Assembly (NCBI GenBank): GCA_964016885.1
Contig: CAXHJY010001046.1
Span: 1 to 43,669, forward strand
Reading direction: 5' to 3'
DNA length: 43,669 nucleotides
DNA from: Eledone cirrhosa
Taxonomy: Eukaryota
In this document: piece by piece, positions 34,960 to 43,669 of the stretch
Layout: every line of letters begins with the position of its first letter
Numbering within the stretch: the first letter of the stretch is position 1
The notes under the pieces: model-generated
Told to the model about the DNA's origin: nothing
Seen by the model: only the letters and a program-made list of their open reading frames with translations
Databases searched by the model: none
Made by a program: the position numbers and the translations under genes

Positions 34960-34978
34960 ATGGTATATATATATATAT

Positions 34979-35020
<42 letters not shown>

Positions 35021-35077
35021 ATGGTATATATATATATATATATGGTATATATATATATATATGTGATAAATATATAT

Positions 35078-35113
<36 letters not shown>

Positions 35114-35148
35114 ATATATATATATATATATATGTGATAAATATATAT

Positions 35149-35198
<50 letters not shown>

Positions 35199-35698
35199 AT
35201 ATATATATATGTTATATATATATATGGGTATATATATATATATATATATATATGGTATATATATATTGGTATATATATATATATATATATATATATGGTA
35301 TATATATATATGGTATATATATATATGGTATATATATATATATATATATGGTATATATATATATGTTATATATATATATGGTATATATATATATATATAT
35401 ATGTTATATATATATATGTTATATATATATATGTTATATATATATGTGTTATATATATATATGGTATATATATATATATATACTATATATATATGTTATA
35501 TATATATATGTTATATATATATATGTTATATATATATGTGTTATATATATATATGGTATATATATACCATATATATATATAACATATATATATATATATA
35601 TATATTATACCATATATATATATAACACATATATATATAACACATATATATATAACACATATATATATAACACATATATATATAACATATATATATAT

Positions 35699-35732
<34 letters not shown>

Positions 35733-35906
35733 ATATATATATATATATATATATGTTATATATATATATGTTATATATATATATATGTTATATATATATG
35801 TGTTATATATATATATGGTATATATATATATATATATATATGTTATATATATATATGGTATATATATATATGGTATATATATTATATATATTGTATATAT
35901 ATATGG

Positions 35907-35937
<31 letters not shown>

Positions 35938-36030
35938 TATATATATAATATATATATGTTTATATATAATATGGTATATATATATATATATAATATATAT
36001 GTTATATATATATATGCTATATATATATAT

Positions 36031-36097
<67 letters not shown>

Positions 36098-36098
36098 A
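33517..36098. repeat. (TA)n satellite with TAAC / TGTT / TGGT variants and an internal polarity switch
   Basis: Directly visible. Confidence 0.97.
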
Positions 36099-36134
36099 TG
36101 TAGGAGGTGAGTTTTATTGTAGTACAATAACCAA

Positions 36135-37552
36135 CATAACCTAAAAATTGAATTTGATAACTGTATCAACTAGCTATTTCTTGGATGTATCTCTTATTCT
36201 TGATACTGGCCTATATTACCCTTACCATATAAACAATGAGAACCTAATTATGTTAACTTTAAATCTAACCATCCTACTAATATCAAGAATGCTATAGTTA
36301 GTAATATTGGAAAAAGAATATCTAACCTATCTTCTAATAAAAACATCTTTGATGCTAACGCCAATTACTATAATTGTTTCTACTTTAGGCATAAGGCCAG
36401 CAATTACCCAGTGCATTACTGGTACTTTATTTTATCGACCCCGTAAGGATGAAAGGCAAAGTCAACCTCGGCGGGATTTGAACTCAGATCGTAAAGGGAC
36501 GTAACTATGCTGGAAAGCATGGCGTCCGACCCTCTACCGATACTGCCAATCCACCGCCAATTACTATAATAACGCGCTTTCTAAAGCCGCTATCCTGATA
36601 AAATCAAATATAGTAAAGAAACAAATTCTAGAAGAAATTACAGTAGAATAATTAATCATGACCATTCCAATAATTTTAATAAAAGACCTAGATACAAAAA
36701 CATAATCTGGTATAATGCTCCTTTCTCCATCTCTATTAATAACAATATTCCTAAATTATTCTTTAGTGCCTTAAATAAATGCTTCCCTCCCTCACATATC
36801 TATAGTAAAATATTTAACAAACACTATAAAATTTTCTTATTCTACATCCTCCAACATTTCCAACATTATCTCTAAACACAACAATAAAATACTAAATACT
36901 AATCTCTTCCTTCCAACACTGAATTTCATAATAATAGTACTCTCGACGCCATTGTAAACCCTAGGCTAATTTCTACAAACCCAAATACAACGTCAAACAC
37001 AACTTCGCTAAATGTTCATAATCCCATTCTAAATCAAGAAACTATTATTCCTATCGCAAACAACTTCTCCAATCCAATTCCTTCTATAGATAACATTAGG
37101 TCACTCATTAATAATCTCTCTAATTGCAATTGCCCTATTAAAAATAAATGTCCTCTCAACAACCATTGTCTTGATAAAAACTTAATTACGAATGTAAAGT
37201 TATAACTGACACCAATTCCTTCACCTATTTTGGCTCCACTTCCACCTCTTTTAAAGCTCGTCTTTATAACCATCATTCGTCTTTTAAATACAAACTTAAA
37301 AGAACCAACACGGCTCTCTCAGAACTCATATGGTCCTTGAAAGACAAAAATATTAAATATAACATCTTTTGGAAGAAGATTTCTTCTGCGTCTCCATACT
37401 TGAACAGTTCTCTATCCAAAATCTGCAATCTCTGTCTAAATGAAAAATTTACCATTATCTCTAATCTAGATTCTATAATAAATAGACGCACTGACTTGTT
37501 TTCTATCTGCTTGCATAAATTCCATAAAACATTTCACAAAGTATACAGCTAA
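36135..37552 (+). pseudogene. PLE RT-thumb/GIY-YIG pseudogene (frameshifts, SINE insertion)
   Basis: Pieces NLKIEF, FLDVSLILDTGLYYPYH, YVNFKSNHP, NIIWYNAPFS, CNCPIKNKCPLNNHCL, CNLCLNEK, CLHK, colinear with the 22494 ORF. Confidence 0.88.
36375..36558 (-). mobile_element. tRNA-derived SINE with target-site duplication
   Basis: Minus strand: A box TGGCAGTATCGG, B box GAGTTCAAATCC, body GACTTTGCCTTTCATCC..GGGGTCGATAAAATAAAGTACCAG; flanked by AATTACTATAAT (36363-36374 and 36559-36570). Confidence 0.88.
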
Positions 37553-37662
37553 TATTCAATTTTTTATCAATTTAGAATCTTTTTCTCAAAGGCACATATA
37601 TATATATACACTTCTTTTAAAAATATACCCATCTTTCTACCTTATTTCAAAGGTCATTATAC

Positions 37663-38360
37663 ATTCTATAATACTTCTCTACTCTTTCTACATCAACCCT
37701 ATTTATCACTTCCCTTTCTTCTCTTCTTCTTCTTCTAATGTCTAACCCCTAATCTGTACCTTTTCTCACTCCTGCCTAACATAGAATCAATTATTACATA
37801 ATACAACACATTCTTACTCTATATCACCTTGTAAAATCCTTCGTAAACATATACATTTTTTTTACGTTAGATTATTCATCCTCAATTCACTAATCTCTTC
37901 TCCTTTCATCTAACTCATTTTTTCTTCGCACATATTATCAAACCCCTCAATATACAAACCTTAACTTTACATTATATTCTCTTCGTTAATTTTCAAATTC
38001 TATAATACTCGTCTACTCTTTCTACATCACACCTATTTATCACTTCCCTTCCTTCTCTTCTTCTAATATCTAACCCCTAATCTGTACCTTTTCTCACTCT
38101 TGCCTAACATAGAATCAATTATTACATAACACAACACATTCTTACTCTATATCACCTTGTAAAAACCCTTCGTAAACATATACATTTTTTTGACGTTAGA
38201 TTATTCATCCTCAATTCATTATCTTTTCTCCCTTCATCTAACTAATTATTCTCAATACATATTAACTCTTTCTTTTTTCTTTTTCTTCGCACATATTATC
38301 AAACCCCTCAATATACAAACCTTAACTTTACATTATTTTCTCTTCGTTAATTTTCAAATT
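37663..38360 (+). repeat. Tandem duplication of ~335-360 bp in the PLE 3' UTR
   Basis: Units begin ATTCTATAATACT at 37663 and 37997 and share long identical stretches. Confidence 0.9.
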
Positions 38361-38670
38361 CTTTTAATTTATACATTATCTTCCAACGGTTTTCAACCTC
38401 TCTATGTAAACAATATATCTTTCTCAGTTATAAAAGCTATCTCTCTCTCTCTATCACCCATCTCTCCTCCTATCTTATCCTTCATCATTATACTCTTCCC
38501 TCTCCACCTTCACTCTCATCTCCTCCTTTCTTTCATCCTTGCCAACCCCCCACCACTCTAAATAAAATATTTTCCCAATATCACACATCAATCTAAAACC
38601 ACTTCTCATATGTTGATTTAAAACTGAACTATCCACAAGTGTTTTTTAACCTTCATATCATGTCCTCCTG

Positions 38671-38737
38671 TTTTATCTGATGAAAACACAAATATTATTG
38701 CATGATGATATTTGTTTTTGAAATGCGTATAATAAAA
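38671..38737 (+). ncRNA. Type I hammerhead ribozyme
   Basis: Stem I TTTTAT/ATAAAA; CTGATGA (38677); long stem II ACAAATATTATT/GATGATATTTGT; GAAA (38720); TGCGTA; TA. Confidence 0.87.
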
Positions 38738-38771
38738 TTACATGGAACTCTTTTAACCATCTTTTGTTCTT

Positions 38772-43669
<4,898 letters not shown>

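Larger units (their letters stand above)
36099..38771 (+). mobile_element. Decayed 5'-truncated Penelope-like element
   Basis: Frameshifted ORF remnants, 3' UTR, terminal hammerhead; satellite on both sides. Confidence 0.88.

Overview
Extremely AT-rich eukaryotic repeat DNA; the repeat families suggest an invertebrate, probably an octopus/coleoid (inference). About half of the window is kb-long (TA)n microsatellite with regularly spaced variant units, and almost all long 'YIYI' ORFs are artefacts of it. No host gene can be supported. The non-repetitive islands are dominated by Penelope-like retroelements (PLEs): one 5'-truncated but open RT + C-terminal GIY-YIG ORF (22494-24038) with ~850-bp inverted pseudo-LTRs, a GIY-YIG-only copy (9128-9892), a decayed copy interrupted by a tRNA-SINE with a target-site duplication (36.1-38.8 kb), a fragment of a second GIY-YIG type (20.9-21.1 kb), and several pLTR-only or fold-back derivatives. 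Reading by eye gives at least 6 clean and about 7 degenerate type I hammerhead ribozyme motifs (CTGAnGA...GAAA...TH). Several sit in a TATA-box / hammerhead / AATAAA cassette ending just before a (TA)n tract, and one has an unusually large branched stem II. Also present are a CR1/L2-type LINE 3' end, a short RTE-like element, tRNA-SINEs, a 32-bp palindromic minisatellite, a perfect 72-bp palindrome and polarity inversions within the satellites. All structures were read by eye, without alignment or folding software.
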